A stretch of DNA of 64,000 nt, taken from a virus. Location: the IMG/VR virus record IMGVR_UViG_3300044701_003563. The stretch is one strand, 5' to 3'. Positions 38,201 to 47,890 of this stretch are shown here, piece after piece. The stretch's first letter is position 1; each line of letters begins with the position of its first letter. The notes beneath the pieces were generated by a model. The model did not search any database. It saw only the letters and a program-made list of their open reading frames with translations, and had not been told where the DNA came from. The translations under genes and the position numbers were made by a program.

Positions 38201-41168
38201 ATGCATCTGGATATGTAATAAAGGAAATTGCAAATGCTGTATATCCAATACTTACAATGTTTGGTGCAGTATATCCAATACTTACTACACTAGTACTTGT
38301 AAATCCAATATTTGTAATCGTAGATGTCGTGTAAGCAATTCCTGCAACATTTCCATGGGTGAATCCAGCTCCTGTAACAGAAAGTATAGTATATCCTATT
38401 CCAACTATATTGGAGGTAGAGTATGCAATACCCGTAGTGCTAGAAGTGATATTAGTATATGCAATTCCAGAAATATTAAATGAACTTTGAGCTAATCCTA
38501 TTATATTTCCAGTTGTATATGCAATACCAGTAATTCTTGCAGTTGTGTACCCTATTCCTAAACTAGTTCCTTTTCTATAATATACTGAACTTATATCAAT
38601 AGGTTCATATGAAAAAGTTGCAGTTTTTGGATAATATGCATTTAAAGGTACTTGATAGTCTATGTAATTTGTGGGCGTTCCCGATACCGAATAAGTATCT
38701 ATTATACCACCCGACAATACATTAGTTACTGTAATTGTTATATTATTTGCCGATGTTCCATCCAATTCCGTTCCAGATATTAATAATTTATCCCCATTTT
38801 CATAATTTGTTCCACCATTAAGTAAAGTTAAGGAATAATTATTATTATTGAATTCATTTTTTCTTACAGTAAATGTGGCATTTGTAGTCGTTCTTTCTGC
38901 AAAATTATCACTCAATAAAGCAGTTACAGTATATTCTAAAGGTTGCACACTTGTAATTCCAACTACAAGATTATTTTCTATATTATCTTCTCCCAAAGAA
39001 GATGCAGAAATTGTAAATTTATCTCCAATTCTGTAATCAGTTCCAGCAAATCCTGGTCTCACTTGTATGATGTATCTATCGTTTAATTTATCAATTTTAA
39101 AAGATGCTCCAGTTCCAACAGTTGTATCTTCAGTAACCGTATTGTTTTGTCTTGTAAATCCAGAAGTGGAATCAGTTATTGAATACTCTATTGATTTAAA
39201 ATAATTTGCGAATCTCCAAGTAGAAGGTGGATTTTGTGATGTTGTAAAAGTATAGGAATATTTTGATAGATTTGCATATATGTATTCTTGCCCTGCCTTT
39301 TTTACAAATACGGCATCATATCCATCATTGGATTCATATCCACTAATTCCGATAACTCTAAGATTTCTATATTGTACTTCTTCTTCTATCGTTCTTGTTA
39401 CTGTTTGAATTGGTGGTCTAAAGAATAAAGATCCTTCTTCCCAAACTTCCCGTCCTCCAAAGAAATATCCAGATCCGTTAAGAACGTAAGAATTTTCTTT
39501 AGATCCAGTTCCAGAAGCAGAATTAACGTCAAATAATAATCTAACAAAACTTGGATTTATTAAAGAAGTACTAAAATTTAAACTTCCGTCAGGAGTAAAG
39601 TTATTTGTTCCAACATTGGGATTGCCTAATATTAATCTGAATGGATAATATCTTCCTGAAGTAAAGTTTAAATTAGCAGATGTGACCGAAAAAACATCAT
39701 TTAAATCACTATCTGGATTCTGTAGTAAATTATCTCTTGTGCCAGAGTTATCTGGGCAAGTAATTGTAGAATTTGATACTGTATATCCACTATAAACTTT
39801 AGAATCTGGACCAAATCCGTCAATTCCTGTTGCATCGGATCCAATCCAAAAACAGCTAGTTCCAGTTGATTGAATTCTAAAGGTGAATGATCCCGATATC
39901 TGAGGAGCAAAGTATCCAACTATCATTATAGTATAATTGGATATATCAGATCTTAATCGATCAATTTCAAAAATTGGTCCCCAAAATCCACCCTTTTGAA
40001 TCGTAGAACTTAAATTTTGGGTTGCTGGTGTTATCTGAGAATTTGGAATTTCAATACCTGCATAAGATGGATCTGTATTAAGAACAGCAGTTCCTCCTCC
40101 AGTATATCCTTCATAAATGATTTTGGGTTGACCTCCCAAATCAGCTGCTGCAGTTGCTGTTGAATTGGGAGTTCCATTAATAAACCAGTTCATACCTGGA
40201 GCGTCTTCAAATTCTCCAGTTGTAGTATTACCTAATGGAAGTGGAATAGCTTTATTAGTAAACCAACTTTCAATAGAAGACTCTGGATCTGGAGAATCTG
40301 GATCGTCTAAAAAATATCCTCTATATCTTCTAACATAAAATCCAGAGGAATTGTATTTATATTTGTCAGTTGTATAACCAACATTATTTTTAGTAGATAT
40401 TCCAATACCTATTAAATTTGAAGCGGTATTTTCTTGTTCATTAGATGCAGCAATTACATATGTCGGTAAATTTCTTCTAATTGGAGTATTTAAAAATTGA
40501 CCAATATATGAAGTATTTACAGATCCTTCTGTTATATTATTAACAGAAGCATTATTGGATCCACTATAATAAAAAGACCAAATATTTCCGTGAACGTCTT
40601 CACTATACTGTCCTGGATTATCTATAGTATCAAACGAACTAAATCTTGTTGCTGTTGACTCACTTGAAACTTTTGATGCTATATTATATCTTAATGATCC
40701 AAGGTTAAAAACGCCCTCATCACTATTAATATATTGATTTTTCCAAAGGTTTTTAAAACTTCTTTCGTTGAAATAATTTGAATCGGCTACAATAAAATGA
40801 TTTGGAAAAGTCGTAGTTTCCGTGTTTAGAGTTAAAGATTGTGTAAAAGATTTTGATCTAAATGTTTGATCAATATACGTATATAAATTTGGTGATGATT
40901 GAAACTGAGCTCCTACTTTTAATGTATATAAGTCATTCTGAAGAGTTGATGGAAATATTCCATCATAAAACATAGAAACAGTTGATCCTACTGAAATATT
41001 TCCACCTGGACTAGTTCTGGGACTAGTATAATTACTAACTCCAGAGGAATCCAAATTCATTGAATAGGAAACATCAGTAAAAAATACTATGTTTACTCCT
41101 TCAGAAAATAAATTTCCTCTGAATAAAATAGGTGATAAATTGGCAACAGAAGAACCGTAAAAGGCCAT
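32244..41168 (-). CDS. Giant 2974-aa virion protein: split vWA-like domain, PA14 domain and many small beta-repeat domains
   Basis: VFFTDVSYSM (MIDAS DxSxS); IVGYFAP..SGSFTFRIQS...YYPFRLILGN (PA14); repeated H(G/P)F..GD.V.I.G...FNG.YT units; C-terminal LTLAEANKGG. Confidence 0.7.
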   Translation of the reverse strand: MAFYGSSVANLSPILFRGNLFSEGVNIVFFTDVSYSMNLDSSGVSNYTSPRTSPGGNISVGSTVSMFYDGIFPSTLQNDLYTLKVGAQFQSSPNLYTYIDQTFRSKSFTQSLTLNTETTTFPNHFIVADSNYFNERSFKNLWKNQYINSDEGVFNLGSLRYNIASKVSSESTATRFSSFDTIDNPGQYSEDVHGNIWSFYYSGSNNASVNNITEGSVNTSYIGQFLNTPIRRNLPTYVIAASNEQENTASNLIGIGISTKNNVGYTTDKYKYNSSGFYVRRYRGYFLDDPDSPDPESSIESWFTNKAIPLPLGNTTTGEFEDAPGMNWFINGTPNSTATAAADLGGQPKIIYEGYTGGGTAVLNTDPSYAGIEIPNSQITPATQNLSSTIQKGGFWGPIFEIDRLRSDISNYTIMIVGYFAPQISGSFTFRIQSTGTSCFWIGSDATGIDGFGPDSKVYSGYTVSNSTITCPDNSGTRDNLLQNPDSDLNDVFSVTSANLNFTSGRYYPFRLILGNPNVGTNNFTPDGSLNFSTSLINPSFVRLLFDVNSASGTGSKENSYVLNGSGYFFGGREVWEEGSLFFRPPIQTVTRTIEEEVQYRNLRVIGISGYESNDGYDAVFVKKAGQEYIYANLSKYSYTFTTSQNPPSTWRFANYFKSIEYSITDSTSGFTRQNNTVTEDTTVGTGASFKIDKLNDRYIIQVRPGFAGTDYRIGDKFTISASSLGEDNIENNLVVGITSVQPLEYTVTALLSDNFAERTTTNATFTVRKNEFNNNNYSLTLLNGGTNYENGDKLLISGTELDGTSANNITITVTNVLSGGIIDTYSVSGTPTNYIDYQVPLNAYYPKTATFSYEPIDISSVYYRKGTSLGIGYTTARITGIAYTTGNIIGLAQSSFNISGIAYTNITSSTTGIAYSTSNIVGIGYTILSVTGAGFTHGNVAGIAYTTSTITNIGFTSTSVVSIGYTAPNIVSIGYTAFAISFITYPDAYTIVEYDPANDQCLITLNPSGAALPGNIGIGGKVLVAGTGEPALDNQSLSIINVLSDYEIEVSAPGLGAGPVQNPLPAKLIITQLDNGVNNNVGLGSDALLQTSADHTFITGDSIIIRGTTDSDWNSTFTVKSVESPTQIKIDNTGRTELFAATTIGSGSTVGYNQSELELVVPVTFRNVGITSIAYNLREVSPDNVNPYLLNSSQGFNQFNNNGVTASYLVTILGNGSGLNLDNYLQNGDIVYIFGTGTVFDYTNTGYGLTVTSVQDAGIGQDRFSFEFASQGGSVAFGNASGSYYIVNKLIPIVDAPSHGFSNGQLVSISGNENSVYNKIWQVAQAGINTFRLADSVTGIVSTAADLITNFGNTFNLSGTASQSITEYKLSVGMAITVFGVTGESAIYNDAYVISGIKSSFTEPYAFILKENQTPSTLALQGSSGKIGIHTISGIATVTSTSSFGSVGSLISIKIQDSPSSFFNKTYTNARILDSTRILLGSDSFRNQTTPNPNEYVSSSNANSNTIVGLVGDSLKVTHGTITPSGYTFVNGASIDIYGTTNFNGTYTINNVNGNILSLNSTSNSSTNFALRDTSGGIGVRGIGPVISFTNSYSFPSPYFGPNGSNIQVKLQDTGKTALNTNTARNARVISPTSILLTDNGLNPADYSNPGAGGTIGLIGANYYITVSSGANSIPVGSTVGIQNVLDQNGNALIADNLFTIQSNFGNDTGLIAIPSSSSSSTSSTNFGLRGNSGILGLRANAVVTTSSNHPFINGDSVQIENTTGNLGIFNNTFTITYVSPTQFILNSTNSTQYTDDFTNANATGGIAGLENYPATVTSTNHPFTTDQSVQIEGTANFNGSYTITKIDNDRFTLNGKTNPTSYTEISNSTIDPNGLITLKNAGPTVTYNGTPRVVGGTDVDFKTGDQVRIQNSTTFNGTYTVKRYTSTTFGITRTDPVSFTGINEGSGSIAGLVGSSVRIRTGTAHGLIDGQSIKIQNTSTGFDNKLYTVTTVDANLFNISNTVSTASTNFTITSTVGLVGYQNYPAIATFSNIIPSSFAVGSQIDIVNNDGTDTASSQQLSLPGPYTIAWRTDTGGLTRVGLQEAINPSNYSTVENNSGLGYTAGLRNSPAIIRFNSIEFSNLTFDLPLIFGDIISINITGTDNFDGDYNAKYTSSNSLELISPSTINPNDYSPNGDVNGVVGLANSDRIVRVNGGHGFTAANVGTTQVDIITGNITLQSDFGGTYFISEILDTENFALSGTQNPSGSISYTTIDTEGYYVIFDRGPIVTSTFSFDGSFVYQQHLLDQGDGVTITNSSLSGFNGNRTVLNAPTSTVFRMNGPYPSPITLNGRPDYKISGTLLYNQRIGLSNGNSNAAASLIIRRNATGITSSYTIQSIVSTGSNYKTNELYLIPGSNLGGTTGTRNDALVKIGSVDVNGGIQSTNLSILRQTSNPTISVPDSSLDYESAKTASIITGTGSGSQFRIVRGGIRTAGVTTYSTVELLSGGSLYNVNDVIRIPGNLLGGQSGDGTTNTLRNDLLIYIEQVISGGSISGTGFTFRGISRDSAPLVNSGLSTIYLDGGISRRSRPFGLEKVWDNVNDSGPPPNQGLLSQTHDMLTLAEANKGGVVKIDKVYTYGDIEKKAEIQELFFYSTSSIGHRDLAATNFEASILYDTGGKSGIATIIFDNDAFDQSVFSNIVANDNLYFITSRRSNPNLGVPYLDYRLINKSLNVIRANTNSSTDSGFDLVDEGTQQFIPPFATNNPGFAFGSRIDQIVIQTDNTITASISDDLPSGYKAIIINDKSVLTVRSDNHPFVNGEIVTIRLNRLFNTTTYVEEGTGIAYTSYRVRNATTFSFQLEDVSTGIGLTPSTIMPNGKKLIDYFAEAYVPNTSIALSPWTTANRSELYGNSNTWSRVGYPVIYASVDVDGNAPSTGTGEGDIQNVTRSLLSIEGEAYKLIPGGKDPVDNRVGLAKLIAKVISDATQQKSNP

Positions 41169-41204
41169 TTTATTATTTCTTTTATAATATATATTTTACT
41201 TTTA

Positions 41205-44200
41205 TTATGATGTAGAATACTGACCGTATACTCCCAAAACATAAGAAGAACTTGATGTAAATGATCCAGAAGCATCACAGAAGAAAGTAAATCCTATAAT
41301 ATAAGAATCTGAAACACTTACTGAAGTAGGAGGTATATTTCCGTTCAGCCATCTCAAGTTTGATGCTGGAATGATGGTCGAATTTATTTGAAGTTTTGTT
41401 ATCAAATTGCTAGTCCCACTTACATTAAGAACGACAGTATAGTTGTATGTTCTATTTGGAGTAGTTGGAACTGATGTTATATTTAGGGTATCAACAGAAC
41501 CTATCGTTCCATCCACTCTGAATATTGGTCCATTAGCAAATGAAACTGATATTACGTTTGAAACTGTGCTGGATGTTGTATTAACAACATCGGAGATTTG
41601 GAAGAATGTGGAAATGCCAGTTACCTGATCTCCTGCCTTATTGAAAGGATTATACCCCAATCTTGCGGGTATATTTGTGTAGAAAGATCCTGGTCTTCCT
41701 GTTCCAGTTCCATCGCCAGGACCATCTAGTAATCCAGTAGAAATTCCAGCAATATATACCTGATTAGATGCATTTGTAATTCTGGATGGAATAGACGCAT
41801 TAGTATTTAAATCTTCAGGTTGTTCTCCCTGAACTCTTGAAGCATTTAAATTAGAAACTAAAACACTACTAGAAACTGTAAAGGGTGGTGTTGATCCATC
41901 ATTAACAGTAGATCTAAATCTTGTAGATTCGACAACATCTCTTGCTACAATTCCACCGTATACATTAAATGTTGTAGTTGCAGAACCTACTATTAAATCT
42001 GCAACTCTGTTTATTCCTGCATACCATATATATCCGAAACTATTGACATTTTGAGGAACACTCCACCATAAAACATTATTATTTCTTCCTACGGCATAGT
42101 TTGTAGCACTTGAAGTTAATTTTTGGTCATAGATTATTCTTGTTCCATTACTTCTAACTGCAAAAATTGGATCCCCAAGTCCCTGATTTGGAGCTGTTCC
42201 AGGAAGTTCTGTGCCAGTACCAAAATTAATTGGGAAAACGGGTGATTGGAATTTAATGGTTGCAATACCAACAGAGTTTAGGTCCTGTCCATATTCCGAA
42301 ATAACTTTAACACCAAATCCTAAAGATGAACCAACAAAGTTAATAACCTCTTTAGTTGCAAATGCTGGAGCGCCAGATGGAGTGAGAGTTGGAAAATATT
42401 CACCAAAATCGTTTCCAGTAACAATACCTACTTTGTTGGCAGCTCCTTGAGTTAATGCAAATGTAACTGTTGTTATTCCCGTTGATTCATTATATTGCTG
42501 CGTAATGTTTACATTATTGCCAGATTCAAATCTAAGAATTCTGGTTAATTCAGCATCAACTAATGCAGAGGATGTTACATCAACGCCATACAAACTGTCA
42601 TTTATCCATCCATATTCTTGCCATTTTATTTGATTATCTGTAGGATCTGTGGCATATACCCACCCAACATTACCTCCAATCTGAGGAAGTGCATTTAAAA
42701 CTCTATCTCCAACGTTTGCTGCAGTTGTTGGTCTTGTTGTCGATATTCCAATTTCTCTGGAAATATCCAAATCACCTCTAATATTCAGTTTTCTCAATTC
42801 TAATCCATTCTCTGAAGTGGAAGTTATCTTCTCATTAAATATTGTTGGACCATTAAATTCGGAAATAAGATTTGATTCTTTTCCTCCATTAACTTTAATA
42901 GATCTGTTTACAACAATTTCTTCTGGTGTAGTTATATTATATCCACCTTCAGAAGTTAATTCTAGAGGTTCTTCTCCAGTTACTGTTGGGATAGGAGACT
43001 CAAAAATCTGATCCTTTCCAGTACTTGTTAATTTTCTGTTATTATTATAAAAATCTCCATCACTATTCATTGCTGAATATAAGATAGTTCCTCCATCAAT
43101 TTTGGTGGATTGGGACAATATTACTTCTTGAGGACTTAATACTCTATCTTGTCTTTCGGGCAATGCAGTTGAATAATTACCTGGACCAAATCCAAGATAT
43201 TCAAAAGTATGTCCAGATGCACGAATAATTGAATTTCTTCTAAACTCGATTGGGAATACTTTAATTTTTTGAACTGTAGAATTCCTTTGATGAGTTTCTC
43301 TTTTAGTTCCAAGTAAAGCTCTAATAACACTAATACTATTACTTGTAACTCTTTGAGATATTCTCATTATCTCATTGTTAACCAATAAATAATCGCCAAG
43401 TTTTAATTCACTAATTAAAGTTGAGTTATATAAAACAAGAGGAGTGGAGTCACTGGAAGTGTTATTAAGTTGAGTACCTACATATCCAGTAAATTTATCA
43501 TAAATATACTTCAATCTTCCAGATGAGTATTCATCTCTTAAATTAATATCCCCTCCACTTGCAGCATAATTTACTGGAATTGCTTTAATAGTTCCACTAG
43601 TCGATTGTGAAGAATTTGATTTTCCTACATTAATTCTTACACTTAATTGACTATTAACTCTAGTTACAACAAAGTTTTTATCATTATAAAAACTATTAGT
43701 AGCTCCATAAAGTGATATTGTTGATCCAGATTTAAATGGATGTGTTGTAGTAAAACCAACAGTTCCTACACCACTAATTCGATCATAAGAGATCGAATTT
43801 ACATTTAACGCAGTTCCAGAAATATTTCCAATGGCATTATCAGATGCATCTCCAATTGAAGGTAAAACTTGAGTTAAAGTTTTTTGGGATTCCACTTCAA
43901 TTTGTTTGGGGAATCCAGTTTTAACAGAAGTAACAATATAATTACCATTATATTGATCATAAGTTTTTGATACTGATTTTACTGACGAAACATTAATTAC
44001 AATTCCTTGCGAATTATTAATATTTGATACCGTAAACAATGCTGAATTTGAATTTGTCCATGATGCACCTGTAGATAATCCTACAGCAGATAATGTGTTT
44101 CCTATTCCGTATGCACTTCCGCCATCTAATATAGTAACAGAATTTACAACCCCACTTGCATTAATATTAACAATTGCTGTTGCCTTTGTTCCCGTAGTTG

Positions 44201-47200
44201 AACCAGCGAATCCAACTAAAGAAATATTATAATATGTTCCAGGAACATAATTTTGTCCAGAATTGGTAATTGATACTTCTAGAATAGAATTTAAATTATG
44301 CTCTCTTGATGTATAAATTGTGTGTGAAGTTCCAGAGGAAGAACCGATATCGAAAATGTCAAACCCAAATTTAAGGTCTTGTAGATTTTTATAAAGTGTT
44401 TCTTTTGTTATGCTATTCTGGGGATCATTTATTGAAACTTGTCCGATAGGATCTGGCAATGCATAACAGAAAGATTCAGTTGGGTCTGAATTTGGATTAT
44501 CTCTATTTAATTGTGGGTAAAGATTTTGAATTGGTTGAGAGAATGATAACTCAGTAAATGGAGATACTGAAGGTGAATTGGAAGAATTTGTTAAGGTTAT
44601 ATGATAAATTCCATCTTGCCTGTCTTTTTCATAAGGTTGTATTTCTTCACTTCTAAAAATTTGATATGTATTTTTTAATTTTCTATTTACATATCTTGGT
44701 AAAGATTCTGGATCTCTTGTATTAATATTGTTATCAAATAACCCAGGATTAACTGGCAAAAGATAAGAAAATTCTCTAGAACTACTTACATCAATTACTT
44801 CAAATGTTCCATTATATCCTTTATTAAATTCTCCTTCAGGATTGTTGTCGGTAATAATATTATAAATTGAAACTTGAGAACCTTCGTTTAAGTTGTGGGG
44901 GAGTTCGGTCGTGACTGTAACAGTGTTAGATACCCAAACTGCATTTGAAATATATCTAAGATTTCTTAATTCAGTGGGGTTTGTCAAAGTTACCGATGCT
45001 TGTGGAAAATATTTTGATAATTCTACAACATCTGATGCATTTGTTGATGATGAATCTTGTAAAATATATCCATCCAAAGGAGGTCTAGAAGTAAATGTAC
45101 TGTCTTTTGGAAGAACATATCTAAATTTATAAATTTTATCATCATTAGACCTTTTATCTGGAGTTCTTTTTATAAAAGTTCTGGAAGAAACTACTTCTGG
45201 GAATGGTCCAGATGGATATAAGGACTGATATTTAGTAAAGACTGTGTTAGTCAATGGATTACATAAAATATACCACCCAGCTGTTTTTCCTCCTAAAGAT
45301 ACAACAGCAGATGAGTCAAATTTTAATGGACTTCCAGGATCATTTGGTTTTTTGTCTGTAACTCTACTAATAACATCTATTATTCCACCTTTATTATTAA
45401 AGACTACTTGCTCAGCACCATTAATAGCATCTTGTTGATTTGATGATAATTTGATAGTTCTTAATGAGTCATTAATTACATAATAAGTTTTTCCAGGGGA
45501 AATGCCATCTGGAAGTGATCCACTCTTTGGCACTAATGTAACAGATTCTCCTGGTCTAAATGAATGTTCAGAAATAAATTCTATTGTATTATTTACGATA
45601 GAATTGATGCCAACATTGCTTTGTCCTACTCTGTATGTTTTTTCTGCAACAATATTGAAAAGATCTGGATTGGCAGTAGTACTTTGAGTATCACCCATAA
45701 CAACGTCTGCGGTGAAAATACCCAGACCAGATGAAGGATCATTTATTTGAAGGTATAATTTTTCATTTTTTGAAGCACCAAATCTATATCCATTTAAAAT
45801 ATAATCTGGTGGGCTATTGATATCATTCTCATTGTAAATATACAATCTAGATGCGTTGTTGATTGTACGAGTTAATTGAACGTCTATAGGAACATACTCA
45901 AGAGTTTGCTCTTCAGAATCTATTTCTTTTGGTGCTACAATATGAGTAATATAACCGCAATCATCTCTTATGAAAGATGAATCTCTAAATCCGTTTGAGA
46001 CTAAAGATTTGGCTCCAAAGTTGGAGTTTGAGTTTGTAATTGAATGATCACCACCAGATTCTGCTAAGAAATGATTTGCAAAACCAATAGCAAATACAGA
46101 AACTAACTGTAAGAAAGCATTATTAGATGCTTTAATGTGATAGTTTTCATATGAAGGTTTAAATCTAGATAAGGAATTTGTATGTCCATTTGGTTCATTT
46201 GAAATATAAATTCCCTGTGCTTTATCATATCTTACGAAAGCTCTATCATCTTTTTGAAGTCCAATTCCAGTGAACTGTGCAACAACCATGCTTTGGAATC
46301 CTGTGGCATTTTTTCCATCGGCATGTAATCCACACATTCCATATACTGATCTAAGAGAACAGTTAAAAATATATGGAGATGCTGAACTTACAGTATCTAC
46401 AGTAATACTTACTCTTGCATTTGATGCATTGGGGTTTATTTGCTCTGGTACTGTTGCAACAATATATTTAAATGTTTGATTATCTACAACTTCAGAAACA
46501 GCATATTGTCCATTATAACCAGGCTCAGTAACTCCACTAATTTGTATAGCAGTATCTACACTTAATTCATTTACTTCTCTATCTAAAGTAACAGTAATTT
46601 CAGTTGTTCCTACTATTCCATTTCCAGATCTTATTTGACTTATTCCTACTTCAGATCCTCTAGAACCAACCACTCGGAATTCATCAACAACTGGTTCAAT
46701 ATCAACATCTGATGGATAGTCTGGGGATATTGTTCTACCTGCGCCATATCCTAATCCAATTTTTTCATAATACATTTGTAGATCAGTTCGATCTGTAGAA
46801 TATGTTAAAAAGTCATCTTCAATTTTAACCGAATTTATTCCATCCGCATATTCAAATACTGTTAATTTGTGGTGAGAGAAGTTTGGTACAGTTTGATTTC
46901 CAGTATAATCCGAAAAAATTAATCCATTAGGATCTCCATCTAAAACAGTAAACTGCCAAAAATAACAACCACCAGTTACTCTGAAAAGAGCAGTTCTTTC
47001 AATCTCATTATTTTCTGGATTTGGAACATATAGGGGACGAATTTTAGTTTTTCTAAGATCTAATCCCACAATAGATGTACCTCTTGGTACAATAACTCCA
47101 CCATAAACACTGTTAAATTTATAGAGATCATTTACTGAATCTAAAATATCAAAATTACTTTCAAAATCTAACTCTAAACTTGCATTGATATTTACCAATC

Positions 47201-47495
47201 CACTTCTGGTAGAAAATAAACTTGATCCAGTTGGTATATATCCTGGCCTGTTATCAATATAATGATCTCCTGGATATAACAAGATTGTAGTTTTTAAAAA
47301 TCTATCGTTTTTCTTTCCTCTTTGATAAGAAAATCTAGCTGCCTCAAGAAGTGCCCTTTGGATAGTTTTAAAGGGTCTAGTTAAAGAATTGCCCTGATTT
47401 TCTACACTATCTGTAGAGTCTAAACTATTTGGATCTACATAAATGATATTTCCCTTTACATTCTTCAGAAAATTGCTTAATCTAGAGAGACCCAT
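41205..47495 (-). CDS. Large virion structural protein (2096 aa, beta-helix family)
   Basis: MGLSRLSNFLKN...RPFKTIQRALLEAAR...SIVGLDLRKT...SASPYIFNCSLRS...SNSNFG: conserved cyanomyovirus structural family, distantly related to 17261 and 27692. Confidence 0.8.
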   Translation of the reverse strand: MGLSRLSNFLKNVKGNIIYVDPNSLDSTDSVENQGNSLTRPFKTIQRALLEAARFSYQRGKKNDRFLKTTILLYPGDHYIDNRPGYIPTGSSLFSTRSGLVNINASLELDFESNFDILDSVNDLYKFNSVYGGVIVPRGTSIVGLDLRKTKIRPLYVPNPENNEIERTALFRVTGGCYFWQFTVLDGDPNGLIFSDYTGNQTVPNFSHHKLTVFEYADGINSVKIEDDFLTYSTDRTDLQMYYEKIGLGYGAGRTISPDYPSDVDIEPVVDEFRVVGSRGSEVGISQIRSGNGIVGTTEITVTLDREVNELSVDTAIQISGVTEPGYNGQYAVSEVVDNQTFKYIVATVPEQINPNASNARVSITVDTVSSASPYIFNCSLRSVYGMCGLHADGKNATGFQSMVVAQFTGIGLQKDDRAFVRYDKAQGIYISNEPNGHTNSLSRFKPSYENYHIKASNNAFLQLVSVFAIGFANHFLAESGGDHSITNSNSNFGAKSLVSNGFRDSSFIRDDCGYITHIVAPKEIDSEEQTLEYVPIDVQLTRTINNASRLYIYNENDINSPPDYILNGYRFGASKNEKLYLQINDPSSGLGIFTADVVMGDTQSTTANPDLFNIVAEKTYRVGQSNVGINSIVNNTIEFISEHSFRPGESVTLVPKSGSLPDGISPGKTYYVINDSLRTIKLSSNQQDAINGAEQVVFNNKGGIIDVISRVTDKKPNDPGSPLKFDSSAVVSLGGKTAGWYILCNPLTNTVFTKYQSLYPSGPFPEVVSSRTFIKRTPDKRSNDDKIYKFRYVLPKDSTFTSRPPLDGYILQDSSSTNASDVVELSKYFPQASVTLTNPTELRNLRYISNAVWVSNTVTVTTELPHNLNEGSQVSIYNIITDNNPEGEFNKGYNGTFEVIDVSSSREFSYLLPVNPGLFDNNINTRDPESLPRYVNRKLKNTYQIFRSEEIQPYEKDRQDGIYHITLTNSSNSPSVSPFTELSFSQPIQNLYPQLNRDNPNSDPTESFCYALPDPIGQVSINDPQNSITKETLYKNLQDLKFGFDIFDIGSSSGTSHTIYTSREHNLNSILEVSITNSGQNYVPGTYYNISLVGFAGSTTGTKATAIVNINASGVVNSVTILDGGSAYGIGNTLSAVGLSTGASWTNSNSALFTVSNINNSQGIVINVSSVKSVSKTYDQYNGNYIVTSVKTGFPKQIEVESQKTLTQVLPSIGDASDNAIGNISGTALNVNSISYDRISGVGTVGFTTTHPFKSGSTISLYGATNSFYNDKNFVVTRVNSQLSVRINVGKSNSSQSTSGTIKAIPVNYAASGGDINLRDEYSSGRLKYIYDKFTGYVGTQLNNTSSDSTPLVLYNSTLISELKLGDYLLVNNEIMRISQRVTSNSISVIRALLGTKRETHQRNSTVQKIKVFPIEFRRNSIIRASGHTFEYLGFGPGNYSTALPERQDRVLSPQEVILSQSTKIDGGTILYSAMNSDGDFYNNNRKLTSTGKDQIFESPIPTVTGEEPLELTSEGGYNITTPEEIVVNRSIKVNGGKESNLISEFNGPTIFNEKITSTSENGLELRKLNIRGDLDISREIGISTTRPTTAANVGDRVLNALPQIGGNVGWVYATDPTDNQIKWQEYGWINDSLYGVDVTSSALVDAELTRILRFESGNNVNITQQYNESTGITTVTFALTQGAANKVGIVTGNDFGEYFPTLTPSGAPAFATKEVINFVGSSLGFGVKVISEYGQDLNSVGIATIKFQSPVFPINFGTGTELPGTAPNQGLGDPIFAVRSNGTRIIYDQKLTSSATNYAVGRNNNVLWWSVPQNVNSFGYIWYAGINRVADLIVGSATTTFNVYGGIVARDVVESTRFRSTVNDGSTPPFTVSSSVLVSNLNASRVQGEQPEDLNTNASIPSRITNASNQVYIAGISTGLLDGPGDGTGTGRPGSFYTNIPARLGYNPFNKAGDQVTGISTFFQISDVVNTTSSTVSNVISVSFANGPIFRVDGTIGSVDTLNITSVPTTPNRTYNYTVVLNVSGTSNLITKLQINSTIIPASNLRWLNGNIPPTSVSVSDSYIIGFTFFCDASGSFTSSSSYVLGVYGQYSTS

Positions 47496-47525
47496 TTTAT
47501 TAACGTACTTGTTTTCGTTACTGAT

Positions 47526-47532
47526 TATTTAG
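47526..47532 (-). promoter_or_regulatory. Late promoter variant CTAAATA
   Basis: About 30 nt upstream of the 47495 ATG. Confidence 0.55.
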
Positions 47533-47558
47533 TCGAAAACAAAATAGAAATTTATTTT

Positions 47559-47717
47559 TTATTTTATTAAATACTCTACGGTGTCAGCAATGTCTTGCAT
47601 TGCTAATCTAAGATCTTCTCTTTGCCCAGTTTCTTGTTTACAGATTGGTCTTCTATCATCAACAAGAGACCATCTCCACAAGTTCATATCTTTACAGTGC
47701 CAGAGATTAATTTTCAT
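47559..47717 (-). CDS. Small hypothetical protein (52 aa)
   Basis: MKINLWHCKDMNLWRWSLVDDRRPICKQETGQRED...; start moved to 47717 because the longer ORF overlaps tRNA-Pro. Confidence 0.7.
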   Translation of the reverse strand: MKINLWHCKDMNLWRWSLVDDRRPICKQETGQREDLRLAMQDIADTVEYLIK

Positions 47718-47734
47718 TTGATGATAGATTTTAT

Positions 47735-47811
<77 letters not shown>

Positions 47812-47886
47812 TGGAGCCCCCTATCGGATTTGAACCGATGACCAACGGTTTACAAAACCGTTGCTCTACCACTGAGCTAAAGAGGC
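47812..47886 (-). tRNA. trnT: tRNA-Thr(TGT), CCA encoded
   Basis: GCCTCTT acceptor, ACGGT-TTTGTAA-ACCGT anticodon arm, GGTTCAAATCC, ends CTCCA. Confidence 0.95.
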
Positions 47887-47890
47887 AATT

